Shown one piece after another: positions 38,250 to 49,976 of a stretch of DNA of 64,000 nt. Position numbers and translations under genes: made by a program. The notes beneath the pieces are model-generated. The model did no database searches, had not been told where the DNA came from, and worked only from the letters and a program-made list of their open reading frames with translations. The stretch lies in assembly GCA_030704615.1 (NCBI GenBank), contig CM060731.1, forward strand, positions 40,920,001 through 40,984,000, in the 5' to 3' direction. This DNA is from Takakia lepidozioides (Eukaryota; Plantae; Bryophyta). Numbering within the stretch: position 1 is the stretch's first letter; each line of letters opens with the position of its first letter.

Positions 38250-41170
38250 CCTGGTGGTAAGATGGGTGCAGTGTGCCTGGACCGATGCTCCCTCGTTCAA
38301 ATGGACCATAGAAAATGTTATCTTACTGCTCAGTTGTCTGGGGATTGCGACAGCTTCATCCAGTCTGGAAAAGGTCCTGTTGCACATCAAGGCTGCTGTT
38401 TGGCCACGCTCCACTCGATGGGAAGAAAGTGGTCTACCTACAGGCTCCATCGGTGCATCTTATTGCTCCAGCGTGATTCATTGACTTTTATGCATGTGGC
38501 ATAGGTCAGTGGTGTTCATTCACGAGGTCCTTGTTGAATTCTTTCAGCTCTCAAAATCTGGGTGCGTCTCTCTAACACCATTGAAAGTGAGTTCCAGTTC
38601 TGAGGCTTGTTCAGGCATCTTTATCCCTACTCGTCAACATGACGGGAGGTGTGCGGAGCCTATCGTACATATGGGGCAGCAATCGGAGCATCGTAACTCC
38701 AATTTAGTACATGACATGAAGGGGTTCCCCTTTCACAACCCACAGAGCTGAACCCACAACCTGCGGCAGTACTCCTTTGCTTCCTTCTGCAGGACGTGAG
38801 TCCCGGACATTTGCAAGTCATTGACTTCCTTGGTCAATGCTGTTTGGTCATGGTTGGTCTAGCAACATGAACAGCAAGCACCACCAGGAAACTCACAACA
38901 TGGGTGATCCCACAGACCAAAATTACGTTGCTTTCTCTCCGGAGTTCCACTGCAGCTGATTTGACCTCTGCCTGAGAGGCAGCTATCATATGTTCCTTCC
39001 ACACCTTCTCGGCAAGGCGAATTGAAAGTCAAAGTAGGTTGAGCTGATGTTGCATAGTTATTGGAAGGAAGCTCACGCTCTTCTCCGGTCCGAGCCTGGA
39101 GCTTTCTCTTGCATGCAGAGATGTTTTCTTGGAGACGTCAGGGACATCTTTAGGTCTCAAAAGCGTGGGCTGGATCTTCAAATCAAGTGATACACAGCCT
39201 CCCCAGCTGTCTGCAACTTGGGCACTTTGGTGAGCTTCCCCTTTCTGAACTTAATGAGTGGTAGCTCAAAGTGAAGTCTGCTTTTGGAGTCAACAGGTTG
39301 GAACCAACTTTCAAATCACAGACTTGATCATCCCAGCTGTTCTGTAGTGCAGACGAGAAGAGAATTTCGGCCAGGCAATGTCAATCCACAAGACCTCTTG
39401 TGTGCACTGCTTATGTATGTAGTCTGGAGATTTTGGATGGGTTTGTGAAAACGATTAGGGAGCATCTGAGCAGCTACAGTCTCAACCCTCCCAATTACCT
39501 TGCAAAGTCCACGGACAAGACCTTGCGCACCTAGCTCGATGCCAAAGAACAACCTAGAGTACTGACAGCTTTTGCAAAGCAAAGCGGAGATGCCAACTTC
39601 ACTCCACAATCAGGGATACAATCCAGTCCACACGATCTTTTCAGACCAGAGTTCAGTCAACCTCACTCAGACTCCTTTATAACCAAAGCCCACCTTGTCG
39701 ATGGCGCAGTCCCACCAATGTGAAGGATCTTTAAGGAACTCCTGCCAGCACAGAACCCAGTGTTGACCTAGGGTGCTAGATATACAAATTATTGGCCTTT
39801 GCAACTATCCTGTTTGCTTTCTTTCTTCCTTGCCCATTGTACATTCGTTTCTGCTGAGCCGCTCAAAAGACAATTCTAAGCTTGAATGTGATGGAACATT
39901 AAAGACATCAACACCAGGAAAAGGAAACCCCAAGTGTTTCGTGTTACGACCTAATTTGAATGGCATCCCTGAAGGTTGGCAAGGCACTATAGCCACCACT
40001 TGCAAGGGACTACGTCCTCTGCACAGCTGCCGCTTTGAGCTCCACAGCCCAGCCCCTTGATCTGCCATGGGACATGAGGCCTCTAGCATGACTGAAACAG
40101 GAGGACAGGGCATTGGGCATGTAATCGGCATGCGCGGTTAGGAGAAGGTCAGAAGATGCTGCCATCCCTACATCATCCAGACCGAAACATATCTTCTGCC
40201 TCTTTCTCAAAGAAAGAGAAAGAGGCAGAAGATATGTTTCGGTCTGTGTTCTTCCCACCCCAATGCAAGAAATGATTGCAACAGCAGGCTCCTCTATTCA
40301 TCAGGTTCTAAGTCTCTATCATCATCCAGTGGTTGTGTTCAATACTGGTGGTCTGGAAGTGTCTATCACTTTCTGATACTTGGTTGTCACTCAGAAGATG
40401 GGTGCAGTGTGCCTGGACTGATGCTCCCTCGTTCAAATGGACTAAAGAAGATGATGTCTTCCTGCTCTGTTGTCTGGGGGCTGCGACATCTTCATACAGT
40501 CTGGAAAAGGTCCTGTTACACATCAAGACTGCAGTTTGGCCATAGTCCACTTGATCGGAAGGAAGTGGTCTACCTACAGCCTCCATAAATTGGTGCATCT
40601 CATTCCTCCAGCCTGGTTTTAGAGTCATTGACTTATGCCTGTGGCATAGATCAGATGTGTCTGATGGTTGGGATCTCTTCCTGTGAATGGAGTTGCCAAG
40701 ATACCTCAATTGATGATTTCTTTTATTTGAAGGCATTATCATACCGGAGTTCAGTCAAACTCCCTCAGCCTCCTTCAAGAAGAAAGCTCACCTTGTCAAC
40801 ATCGCAGTCCCTACTTTGTGAAGGATCTTTAAAGAACTCCTGCCAGCACTATTCTGTGCTCCAGTGTTGACCTACATGCCAGATATACAAATTATAGGCC
40901 TTTGCATCTATCCTGTGTACTTTCTTTCCTCTTTGCCCATCGTACATTCGTTTCTGCTGAATTGGTCAAAAGACACTTCCAAGTTTGAATCCTACAGCAC
41001 GTACAACAGTGACCCCAAGGAAAGGAAAACAGTGTGTTTCGTGTTACTACCTAATTGGAATGGCATCCCTGAAGATTGGGGAGGCACCATAGACACCACA
41101 TGCAAGGGACATCGTCCTCTGAGCATTGCCAAGGGGGATACCGCTTTGAGCTCTCACAGCCCAGCCCCTC
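38250..41170 (-). pseudogene. Two degenerate copies of a probable NB-ARC/LRR (NLR-like) gene
   Basis: 38250-38500 matches 40395-40640, and 39650-40060 matches 40745-41170. Remnants CRGRSPLQVVA (GLPL-like) and LELSFERLSRNE / LEVSFDQFSRNE (LxLSYxxL-like), then leucine-rich fragments with many stops. Confidence 0.35.
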
Positions 41171-41231
41171 TTGCATGGCTGAAACAAGAGCACGCCTTGA
41201 GTCCGGAGTTGGGATCAGTTCAACTTGCAAC

Positions 41232-41333
41232 ATGGCAGGTCAATGCCTTTGGGAAGCACGAGTCAATGGTTTCTACCTGTGGGGCAAGTACATCAGCCAG
41301 ATGGTTTTTGTTTATCCTAGGACGGCTGCATGA
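41232..41333 (+). pseudogene. Truncated SPH paralogue (3' third only); its downstream flank is duplicated to ~42260
   Basis: GQCLWEARVNGFYLWGKYISQMVFVY versus GQCLWEARVDGFYEWDKYINQMVFVY in 42986-43393. Flank 41340-42260 resembles 43400-44600. Confidence 0.85.
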
Positions 41334-42398
41334 GGTGTAAGTGCCAGCCTTATTGAATCACCTCTCATACTTGATGCACCTAGTAAAAGACTTCAGATCT
41401 ATACAACTGGTATACATGTATATGCGCTGTCACTGAAGTAGAATATTTCATGGACTGTTTCTTAGATATATTAGAATCATCTGATATCTCTGCTTAACTA
41501 GCCATTTATTGACTCAAGTGGAAGGTTGCAAGTTGCAGATATCAAAATTCATGGATGCAATTAGCTTCATGGATTGCAACCCACTGAAAATAAAGACAGC
41601 CGGACCCAGCTAGGGGATCATGATAAATAAGAGTTTGTCCTAGTAAACTTCCTCGGTGCAACGATAACTTCTAACGTCAACGGTCATGTCAATTTTTACA
41701 GAATCTCTTTCAACAGCTACAAGTCCAGATTTCTGGATCCATGGTTGGGCTCCATGTGGTTTGACCTTGCTTGCCTGAAAGTGCTTAGGGGATCTTCCAA
41801 TATTTGAAGCATGTCTTAATTAGTAGCCAGAGTTTAGCTTCAGAGACAAACTTTTGGATTCAGAGACTTTTTAGCTCTTAAACCATCAGGATCATGTGCA
41901 ATGCAAGTTTGATGACTTTTTTCTGTGAAAATTTGTATCATTAGACATATCAAGGTTTGCATTCTGGTGTTTAATATTGTCAAAGCCTCCTACACGTCTG
42001 AAAGTCTTGCATTGAGCTCTATATAGGCAAATTTGGTCTTTCCAAACAATCCTTGATATTGCAACTGCTTCATCTGCCAGGTCACCGATGAATGACGGTA
42101 TGGTCTCTCTATACAGATATCCAGCTTTAGAGAATCCAGTGCCTCCCCCAAAACAAGCCCATCGAGCTGTTTTTCACACGAAGATCCTTCTTAAGCCACC
42201 ATCCCTGGTCTCTGATAGAGATTTATAAACTCGAATATAGGTTACTATGACTTGATTATGGAACAAGTACACAGGGGTTAGTTCTTCCCTGAGCAATTAC
42301 ATTCTTCTGTTGTGTAGTATGAGGTAAAGTGTAAAAGCTGGTATCAGCTCTGGGAGCCTCATGCCTTACACTCTCTTGTAGTGCGGGGATGGATGGAA

Positions 42399-42658
42399 TC
42401 TATTTAGACGGAGAATCGAAGACGAATCTGCTTCGAGATCAGTTCACGGAATCCATCCACTGTATACACTAAACCAGTTGAAGGTCATGGATCTGTAGCC
42501 GCGATTGTGGGCCTCGGCAGACGAGATTCGCACATCTATTTAGACGGAGAATCGAAGACGAATCCGCTCGAAATCAGTTCACGGAATCCATTCCACTGTA
42601 TACACTGAAACAGTTGAAGGTCATGGATCTGTAGCAGCGATTGTGGGCCTCGGCAGAG
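42399..42658. repeat. Tandem duplication (~136 bp x2) upstream of SPH
   Basis: TCTATTTAGACGGAGAATCGAAGACGAATC...GATTGTGGGCCTCGGCAGA at 42399 and 42535. Confidence 0.9.
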
Positions 42659-42865
42659 GAGATTCTTGCGTTTGGTCGGTTGGAAATCTCCGACGCTGAT
42701 CTGTGAGAGTGACCCGTTGGGTGCATGATATTTCTATATGCACGATCTATGAATCTGCGATTCTTGGGGGATTCAAGTGTTTAATATTAGATACTCGATA
42801 GAGTAACGGCTGATCAGGTTTAGATTCAGCCCAAGTCACAACGGCAACCGAGCTCCACGGTCTCA

Positions 42866-42873
42866 TATATAAA
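42866..42873 (+). promoter_or_regulatory. Putative TATA box of the SPH gene
   Basis: ATATATAAAGG ~115 bp upstream of the ATG, followed by a CT-rich leader. Confidence 0.5.
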
Positions 42874-42985
42874 GGACGCTCCCCGAGACCCTCTTGTGTG
42901 TTTCTGTCTTTTGCCTTCTGAAGTCTCTCCTTCGTCCTCAAGACCGTTGTTGTACCTCTCCCCGGGTCACTGACAATACCAAATC

Positions 42986-43393
42986 ATGGCGGCCGCGACT
43001 ATGGTGATCAAGGTGGGTCTGGCGTGTTTGCTTCTGGTGGCCATGGCGGCGAAAGTGGACTGCAAGTCGTCAGTGACGATCCGCAACGGTCTTCCGCCGG
43101 GGCAGCTTCTCTACACTCATTGCCAATCCGGGGATACCAATTTCGATCCAGAACTTCTCTCTCCGGGTCAGGAGCAGCACTGGGAGTTTCATACCAATGT
43201 TTGGGAGAGGACTTTATACTTCTGCCACTTCCAATGGGGCCCAACCAAGACCGTTACATTTACTGTATGGAAAGTGAAGCAGTTTCCAGCTCCTTGCGGC
43301 CAGTGTCTTTGGGAAGCACGAGTCGATGGTTTCTACGAGTGGGACAAGTACATCAATCAGATGGTTTTCGTCTATGCCTGGAATACTGTATGA
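42986..43393 (+). CDS. S-protein homologue (plant self-incompatibility S1 family), secreted, 135 aa
   Basis: Signal peptide, then VTIRNGL, HCQSGD, L.PGQEQHWEF, TLYFCHFQWG, C..CLWEARVDGFY. Confidence 0.9.
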   Translation: MAAATMVIKVGLACLLLVAMAAKVDCKSSVTIRNGLPPGQLLYTHCQSGDTNFDPELLSPGQEQHWEFHTNVWERTLYFCHFQWGPTKTVTFTVWKVKQFPAPCGQCLWEARVDGFYEWDKYINQMVFVYAWNTV

Positions 43394-46300
43394 GGTATTT
43401 GTAAGTGCCAGCCTTAATGAATCACCTCTCGTACTTGATGCGGAATCTATGCTTCATTAGGCATGTATTGACTGAGTCATGCCGGAAGGTTGCACAGGTT
43501 GCATAATTTCTAGATTCATCTTTGTGGGTTGCAACCGGCCTCTTCAGGAACTTCTAATGCTAACGGCTTCATATTGCATTTACAGGGTTATGATCAAGTC
43601 CCTTTCAATAGCTACGACAAGTCCAAATTGGCTGGATCCTTCTGGTTGGCCTCCATGTGGTTTGAAGTTGCTTGCGCGTGAAAGCGCATGTAATTAGTTA
43701 GCTGGGACTCTTCCAGTTGATACTTGAAAAGCATACCTTGATCGGTAGCCAGAGTTTAGCTTCAGAGTCAAGCTTCTGGATTCAGAGACTTTTCAGCTCT
43801 TAAATCATCAAGATCATAATATAAGTTGATTTGATATCACTGGAAGACATTTTTTTTCTGAAAATGTGTATCACTGTAGAGACATATTAAGGTTTGACTT
43901 CTGGTGTTTAATATTGTCCAAGCCTCCTTCACATCTGAAGGTCTTGCATTAAGCTAGACTGTAGGGGATACATACCCAACACACATGCAGCACACGGAGG
44001 CCCCTGTCTCTCCCTGCCAAACAAGACAGACCTTGCACACACATTAGCAATGCATAGACCCCTAAGAACTGTCATACTTCGCATACAACATTACAACATA
44101 CAACAGGCATTGAACACAATCGAGTACTTAACCAAAGCCTTTCACCTTGCGGTGGGCATCACGACAACCATCCCCGAGGCTCATGTAAGTCCCCTCACGC
44201 TGGGATAGTAGAAATTAGTCCTCCTGTGGTACCTTGCACACAACCGTCGAAGAGAGGAATGCAGGCACTGATCATCATGGGCACGTTCCTCTCCATATAA
44301 TACCGCGGAAGACATACCCATAGCCGCGGAAACAGGCCCCACATATGGGAGGACGACACCAAATGAAATAGAGTTTTAACATAACCCAAATTGCAACACT
44401 TAAAGGACCTAAAATTGCTATCAAGTTATGGTCTCTCCATAAGTATAGGTGGTATGGAGCTTTAGGCTGCAGACATCCACTGCCTCCAAACCCCAAAACA
44501 AGCACTTCGAGCTGCTTTTTACACGAGGATCCTTCTTAAACCACCTTCTCTCACCGTCTCGGATTGATGATTTATAAATTCGAATGGAAAAGTAGGTTAC
44601 TCAGATGACAAGATTTTCGAGATTTAAAGAAGAGTGATGAAAGCTCAGTATGAAAATTGGTCCATCTTAAGATAGTTTGAGCTTAGATTCAAATGTTCTG
44701 ATGAAAGAATGCGTTCAATGGGAATGCTCCAAAATTACTCATGGCATCTGGGTCTACCTCTACTACTGCCGATTTGGATATTTTCTGCAAGAAATAATTG
44801 TCCAGACCTAGAGAGAAATGCTCTTCGCCCCATAGCAGCTTGAATTGAAGGAACGGTATCTAGAGCCGACAACATGCTCAATGTGATGGCGCCAGCAATG
44901 AGGTTGGATTGAGCAGGAGTCGAGCAGCTTTCAAATTGCTTCCACGTGTTCATTTGTAAATTATAAATTTTTGACACAGAATCAACTGGCACTGTGTATT
45001 TCAAAGCCTAGGATGTAAAGAATCTTGGGAGTAGCTCGCGGATGCAGCCTCATTGAACTAGGTTGGCATCAGGTTTAATAGTCCGAATGACCCGGAGAAC
45101 ATCCCTACCGTCAAGGTTTTCGCCTGTGACTGTGACTCCGTCTCTCTGAAAATCAAGCATTATTTTGTTACCCCATTTTCCTGCACGAAAGCAGCGCACA
45201 CGAAAATGTTAGAGAAGATTCAAAAATTTACTCCTGACAATCCAGGAGAATTAAACTGCTTATGAGCTTACTCATCTTAAAGGCCACATGCCGTAAGCCC
45301 AGGTCGTCTAACACACGTCTAACAAGCACAGTTGAGGGCTTCAGAGTACATAAATGACAATCCCATATATAGCATGCTTCAAATGAATTTGAGACATGAG
45401 AGAAGTATAATTTACGCTCGAGTTTCTGTCCGAGTTTCTGTTCGTCCTCCCTGCTAATCTGAACTTTGACAACCACTTCTACCTGTACACACATCCAAAG
45501 TGGGTGGCATGAGCTCATGAGTCTCTCCACCATGCAGCAAAATTGTAATTCTGGATATTTCATTCAACATCATCGGGCCCTCAGCTACAACAGGTTCCAT
45601 ATATACATGCAACTACTCATTTGGGGGAATTGTCTTACAGCAACATGTGTTCTAGACGCTGGAACCACTGTTCGAAATATCAAGAGCTGATCACGTTTTG
45701 CATCATTGAGAAGCGAGATGGGTATACATACCAGGTTCAGCTGCTGAACCGCACCGCCTCCTTCTCGATCATTGTAGGTGCTACGAGTTCATCCACGTCT
45801 TCTGGTGACCACAACCCGCGAACATCTGCATGCATCACACCCTTCGTTCTTCAGTCACCAAACCCCGCGAAGAGACGTCCCCATGAGCCATAGTTAAGGA
45901 GAAGACGAAGATTAAGTCCACGTTCTAGAGATTTATCTTGATTTTAACATATACATGTAATGCAAAGGGCTAATCTTCGAGCAGGCGGGCAAAAGTTAAA
46001 TATTTCAATACCAGGACCCGGCTGGTATTAACAAAAAGTGACACCCGCCCCACACACATGATCAGTTGGTGTATACTGTGCAGACTGCAGACCCAGTATC
46101 CTGCGTGAGAACTCGCACCCTCACAGACTAGTTGGACATGAGTTGATCTGTGTTTCCTTCAAAAACAACATGATGGACCGTAGAGTGTCCGCGTTTAAGA
46201 GAGAGCCATGTATACCTCCTGTAGTACTGTCTCCACCATCGCTCAACTATTGCAGGCTGCGTGCTTGCTGTGCTGTGGTTCGCTCCGGTTCCGAGATAAA

Positions 46301-46589
46301 GAGGAGGCAGATATAAAAATGCTGCCAGCAACAGCAAAATCCTCGAAAATTCTAAGACTATATATCCCCCTGATCTTATGAACACTTCCCAACAAAGAAA
46401 CTGATCTCAAACTGAACGTCCTTAACAACTTGGCTCGAGACCGATTCACGCTTGCCAGAGAGAGAGTGAAGCGGTAAGGTCGAAGCTGAGAGCGAGAGGA
46501 AAAGAGGAAACAATGGTGTTCCATATGCGATCGAAAAGTGTGGGAGTGACAAGGTTATAGCCCTTGCACGGCACTTTGAGAACCGAACG

Positions 46590-46661
46590 GGACGGGTAGC
46601 TCAGTGGTAGAGCTCCCCACCGGAATGGGGGAGGTCCTAGGTTCAGAACCTAGCCCGACCA
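46590..46661 (+). mobile_element. tRNA-derived sequence (SINE head or tRNA pseudogene)
   Basis: Cloverleaf: acceptor GGACGGG/CCCGACC (one mismatch), D arm GCTC-AGTGGTA-GAGC, stem CCCCA/TGGGG with a non-canonical 6-nt loop CCGGAA, T arm CTAGG-TTCAGAA-CCTAG. A and B boxes present; no valid anticodon loop. Confidence 0.7.
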
Positions 46662-47280
46662 CACGCCAGATTTCCGAGGCTAAATTGACAGCAGGCCCTT
46701 CGAACCTTGTCTGAAGATGAAACAGTGCAAGCATGACTAATCACGTACTATAGAAGACTACCATCCACCACTTTCTCTCGCACAAACAACACTAGGGAGT
46801 TAACGTAGACAACGACAAACTTGTTAGAATTAAATCGGAGAACAGTGCGCTGCAAAGACAGCCATGACAGCAACCGATCATCTAAACCCGCATACAAGGA
46901 TTTCACTTCGAATGATCGATGTTTAGATTGCAAGTTAGACTGACTGACTTCCTTCTAAGTCTCTCTTCTTATGCAGACCCTTTCTTCTCTCTTTATGCCA
47001 TGATCACAACAACCCGATCAATGAAGCCCGCATAAGAGGACTTGATGAATGCATCCCTCGCAAGAGTGACGTTGTGACGAGGATTGTCCAGCTATTTTGA
47101 CAAGCAATCACAAGCCCACATATAACTACTGCAGCAACGGCAACAACTGTGCGAGAGCTGCGACGTAAGACGGACGGACGATACATACTCCGACCATCCG
47201 ACGACGGATCACATCGTCCAGTGTTGGTCACCAGAGTAAAGTACCAACAATAGTGTTATCAAAACTCTGACGTGAGACTG

Positions 47281-47579
47281 AAGGACGATAAATACACTGA
47301 TCGTCGGACAGATCGCCTCGTCCACCTCCCGTCGCAAAAGGACGTTGACAATTTGAAAAAATAGATTCATGTTTTAGTTCTGATAAAGGACGATAAATCC
47401 TCTGATCGTCGGACAGATCGCCTCGTCCACCTCCCGTCGCAAAAGGACGTTGACAATTTGAAAAAATAGATTCATGTTTTAGTTCTGATAAAGGACGATA
47501 AATCCTCTGATCGTCGGACAGATCGCATCGTCCACCTCCCGTCGCAAAAGGACGTTGACAATTTGAAAACATAGATTCA
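47281..47579. repeat. 105-bp tandem repeat, ~2.85 copies
   Basis: AAGGACGATAAAT starts at 47281, 47386 and 47491; units are nearly identical. A diverged partial copy lies at ~47170-47225. Confidence 0.95.
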
Positions 47580-47975
47580 ACTTCTACCGTTCGATCTTAA
47601 ATTAAGCAGATCTCAGCCGTAGAAAGCTAAAGTCGATAATCTCGCGGAAAAAGATACGGTCTGCCTCGCACCGAAGGAAGAGGAGAGAGAAGGGCATGGG
47701 ACTCTGGATCTTTGTCCAGAGCTTGAAGGATTCTGAGCATTCTCCAGCGGCTGGGCTTTAGACCACATTCCTCCATAGTTTCTATAGATCATGACTGTTT
47801 CCAGTGAGGTTTAGCGTTCTGCATTGACAGGCATGCAATTCGACGATTGAAGAGAGGGAGGCGGAAGTGAAACACCATCTGAAGTGACCGAAGTGTGTGT
47901 CATGATGTTTATTTCTCACAGGCGTTCACTGCCTGCCTGACTACAGAGGCTTTACTGCTGTGAGATCTAGAGAAA

Positions 47976-49976
47976 ATGTCGTGCATGATTAGCTCCCGGC
48001 GATCACCTCTTGAGCAATTGATGGCAGTACGCGGGAAGAGAGCTGCTAACGAAGGAATTATGGAAAGTGTGGAACCTTCCAACCATTGGCAAGAGAAATT
48101 AAGCCGTCCAATTTGCCCACAGATTCTCATGAAGTCTGTATCTCCGATCCAATCTGGGCATCGGGCTACTACATCCGAGGGAGCATTGCAGGCAAGAGCA
48201 TTGGAACAGAGGCCACCATGGAATCTCCCTGGGAAGTACCAGCCAAGGACACCGGGTAATTTTCATGGGAGGAAGCAGGCTGTAAGACCACTGCAGTTAG
48301 GATCACCGGTTTTCCGAAGGAGGAGGCAAATGAGAACATATGGCGGACCTCATAAGCTCAAAAATCTGTCACCAATCAACGAAGAACCGCAAGAACTCGG
48401 TAAGGGCACGTCTGGCACAGACGCCGAGGGTAGAGAGTTGAATGCATTTGACATTGGTCCAAAGACCTCTGATGGTAGGTCTTCGGAGGAAACGGGTGCT
48501 CAAGCCTCATCCTCTGGTTATTCTAACTTGCTGGACTCGTCTTCCGTATTCCAGGAGCCTCACCGAACTAGAATATCTGAGCCATCCTCCTTGGTATCAA
48601 ATTCTCCCTCCTCCTTGTTAACAAGTAATGTTGCGGAGGTGTCTGCTGATGACTCGTCAGAGTCGAGAGGTTCACACACATCTCGGACCATAAGTTCTAG
48701 CAAATTGCAGCATCCTCAGGTACCACGGGATGAATCCGAAACCACTTTGTTGACGGCAGATGTTGGGAGGGTTTCGGACGAGCCTGTATATCCAAAACCA
48801 TCAAGCTTGCAGGCTGGAGACTGCTCGTTCAGTAACACTAGGGCAGAACATTCTTCACCGTTGCTTGCAAGCAGGTATAGGAGTTTGTTTGGACGTGACT
48901 TACGAGGGAGCAGGGAGCTTGGCCGAACCGATGATCGCGGGAACTGTGCTGAAGGACACAAGTCGTCTGGAGTTCATTCTTGGCTTGGGGCAGTGAGGGG
49001 ACTTTACAAAAGACGTTTGGTTAGATTCTTCAGAACAGGATGCAGAGCCTCTCAAACGGTATCTTGGAGGGATGTGATGGCTAAGCAAGAGGAAGATGTT
49101 GAGGACATCCGGAACCCAATGCAGATTATGGCCTCAGATTCGAGTGACGTGCACAACAACATGTGCTTGTACCACCAACGCATGACGTCCGCATCCCCTC
49201 TTGAGCCGCAGCAGCGCCGTAAGGCAGATGTAGAGTACTCGGATGCCTCTCTAGGGCCACTTCACTCTCTCAGATGTGGTGTGCAATCCACACGAGCCTA
49301 TTTGGAGCTTTTCTCTAGAGAGTTGATGTATGAGGCGCAAGCAACGAGTGTCGATGGGCAAAGAAGGAAGTTGGGAGATATTTTGCACATGCTCTTGCCG
49401 ATGGCCGCTTTTGCCAGACCCCGTGATCTAGTGTATGGAGTGACGGCCTATGTCAGCAACGTTTTCTTTCACAACTTCGACAAAAACTGCTTCGGTATCC
49501 CTTATGACAACATGCAGTCTCTCGAATACCTGCTGCAGTTTGAGAGGCTTTCATTGGATTTCAAGGCTGAGGATGCAACCGATCCCCAAAATGCAGCCTA
49601 CAACAGAAGATTCCACCAGTTTTGTCAGGCAAAGCTTCAGATGTTCCAAGCAAAACTGGAATTGGCGGAGGAGTGGCCCCATAATCTCACGGCTGATTTC
49701 TTGCAGGCTGCCAAGAATGTGTGGTGGCTTCACAGGCTTTCCTTTGTATGCCACCAAGCACCGACCATCTTCCGCATCATAAGACTCACTGAATTCGACG
49801 AGAAGTGTATGGAGACTGTCACTTCGGGGCTGGAGGGTAATGCTTCTGCAGTACTGTTCTCAACCAAAGTGGACTTCATGGTATCGCCTGGTTTTTCTGT
49901 GTATGGGGAGGTCATCAAGAGCCAGGTTTACCTCAAGCCCAAATTCAGGGGGGTTCCCAGACAGTTTGACATGTAA
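47976..49976 (+). CDS. GIL1/IRK-interacting-like protein with a long Ser-rich disordered N-terminus
   Basis: 666-aa single ORF. C-terminal FLQAAKNVWWLHRLSF...IFRI...FDEKCMETV...VDFMVSPGF.VYGEVIKSQVYL matches the GIL1/IRKI C-terminal domain. Confidence 0.8.
   Translation: MSCMISSRRSPLEQLMAVRGKRAANEGIMESVEPSNHWQEKLSRPICPQILMKSVSPIQSGHRATTSEGALQARALEQRPPWNLPGKYQPRTPGNFHGRKQAVRPLQLGSPVFRRRRQMRTYGGPHKLKNLSPINEEPQELGKGTSGTDAEGRELNAFDIGPKTSDGRSSEETGAQASSSGYSNLLDSSSVFQEPHRTRISEPSSLVSNSPSSLLTSNVAEVSADDSSESRGSHTSRTISSSKLQHPQVPRDESETTLLTADVGRVSDEPVYPKPSSLQAGDCSFSNTRAEHSSPLLASRYRSLFGRDLRGSRELGRTDDRGNCAEGHKSSGVHSWLGAVRGLYKRRLVRFFRTGCRASQTVSWRDVMAKQEEDVEDIRNPMQIMASDSSDVHNNMCLYHQRMTSASPLEPQQRRKADVEYSDASLGPLHSLRCGVQSTRAYLELFSRELMYEAQATSVDGQRRKLGDILHMLLPMAAFARPRDLVYGVTAYVSNVFFHNFDKNCFGIPYDNMQSLEYLLQFERLSLDFKAEDATDPQNAAYNRRFHQFCQAKLQMFQAKLELAEEWPHNLTADFLQAAKNVWWLHRLSFVCHQAPTIFRIIRLTEFDEKCMETVTSGLEGNASAVLFSTKVDFMVSPGFSVYGEVIKSQVYLKPKFRGVPRQFDM

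Noticed and set aside
42372-42383. TCTCTTGTAGTG, a 12-bp reverse-complement match to the CACTA TIR at 9690, which would imply a 32-kb element carrying RBR
   Set aside because: No matching 3-bp TSD (AAG versus CGG) and no subterminal ATGACT cluster. The inversion model explains the 9690 end more simply.
44735-46524. Scattered minus-strand ORFs that may be a decayed gene
   Set aside because: No family or consistent exon chain could be assigned.
46590-46661. Functional tRNA gene
   Set aside because: The anticodon loop is not 7 nt and lacks U33, the T loop is altered and the acceptor stem has a mismatch.
47228-47572. 114-aa repeat ORF, or a CRISPR-like array
   Set aside because: By-product of a 105-bp tandem repeat with no unique spacers, in a eukaryotic context.
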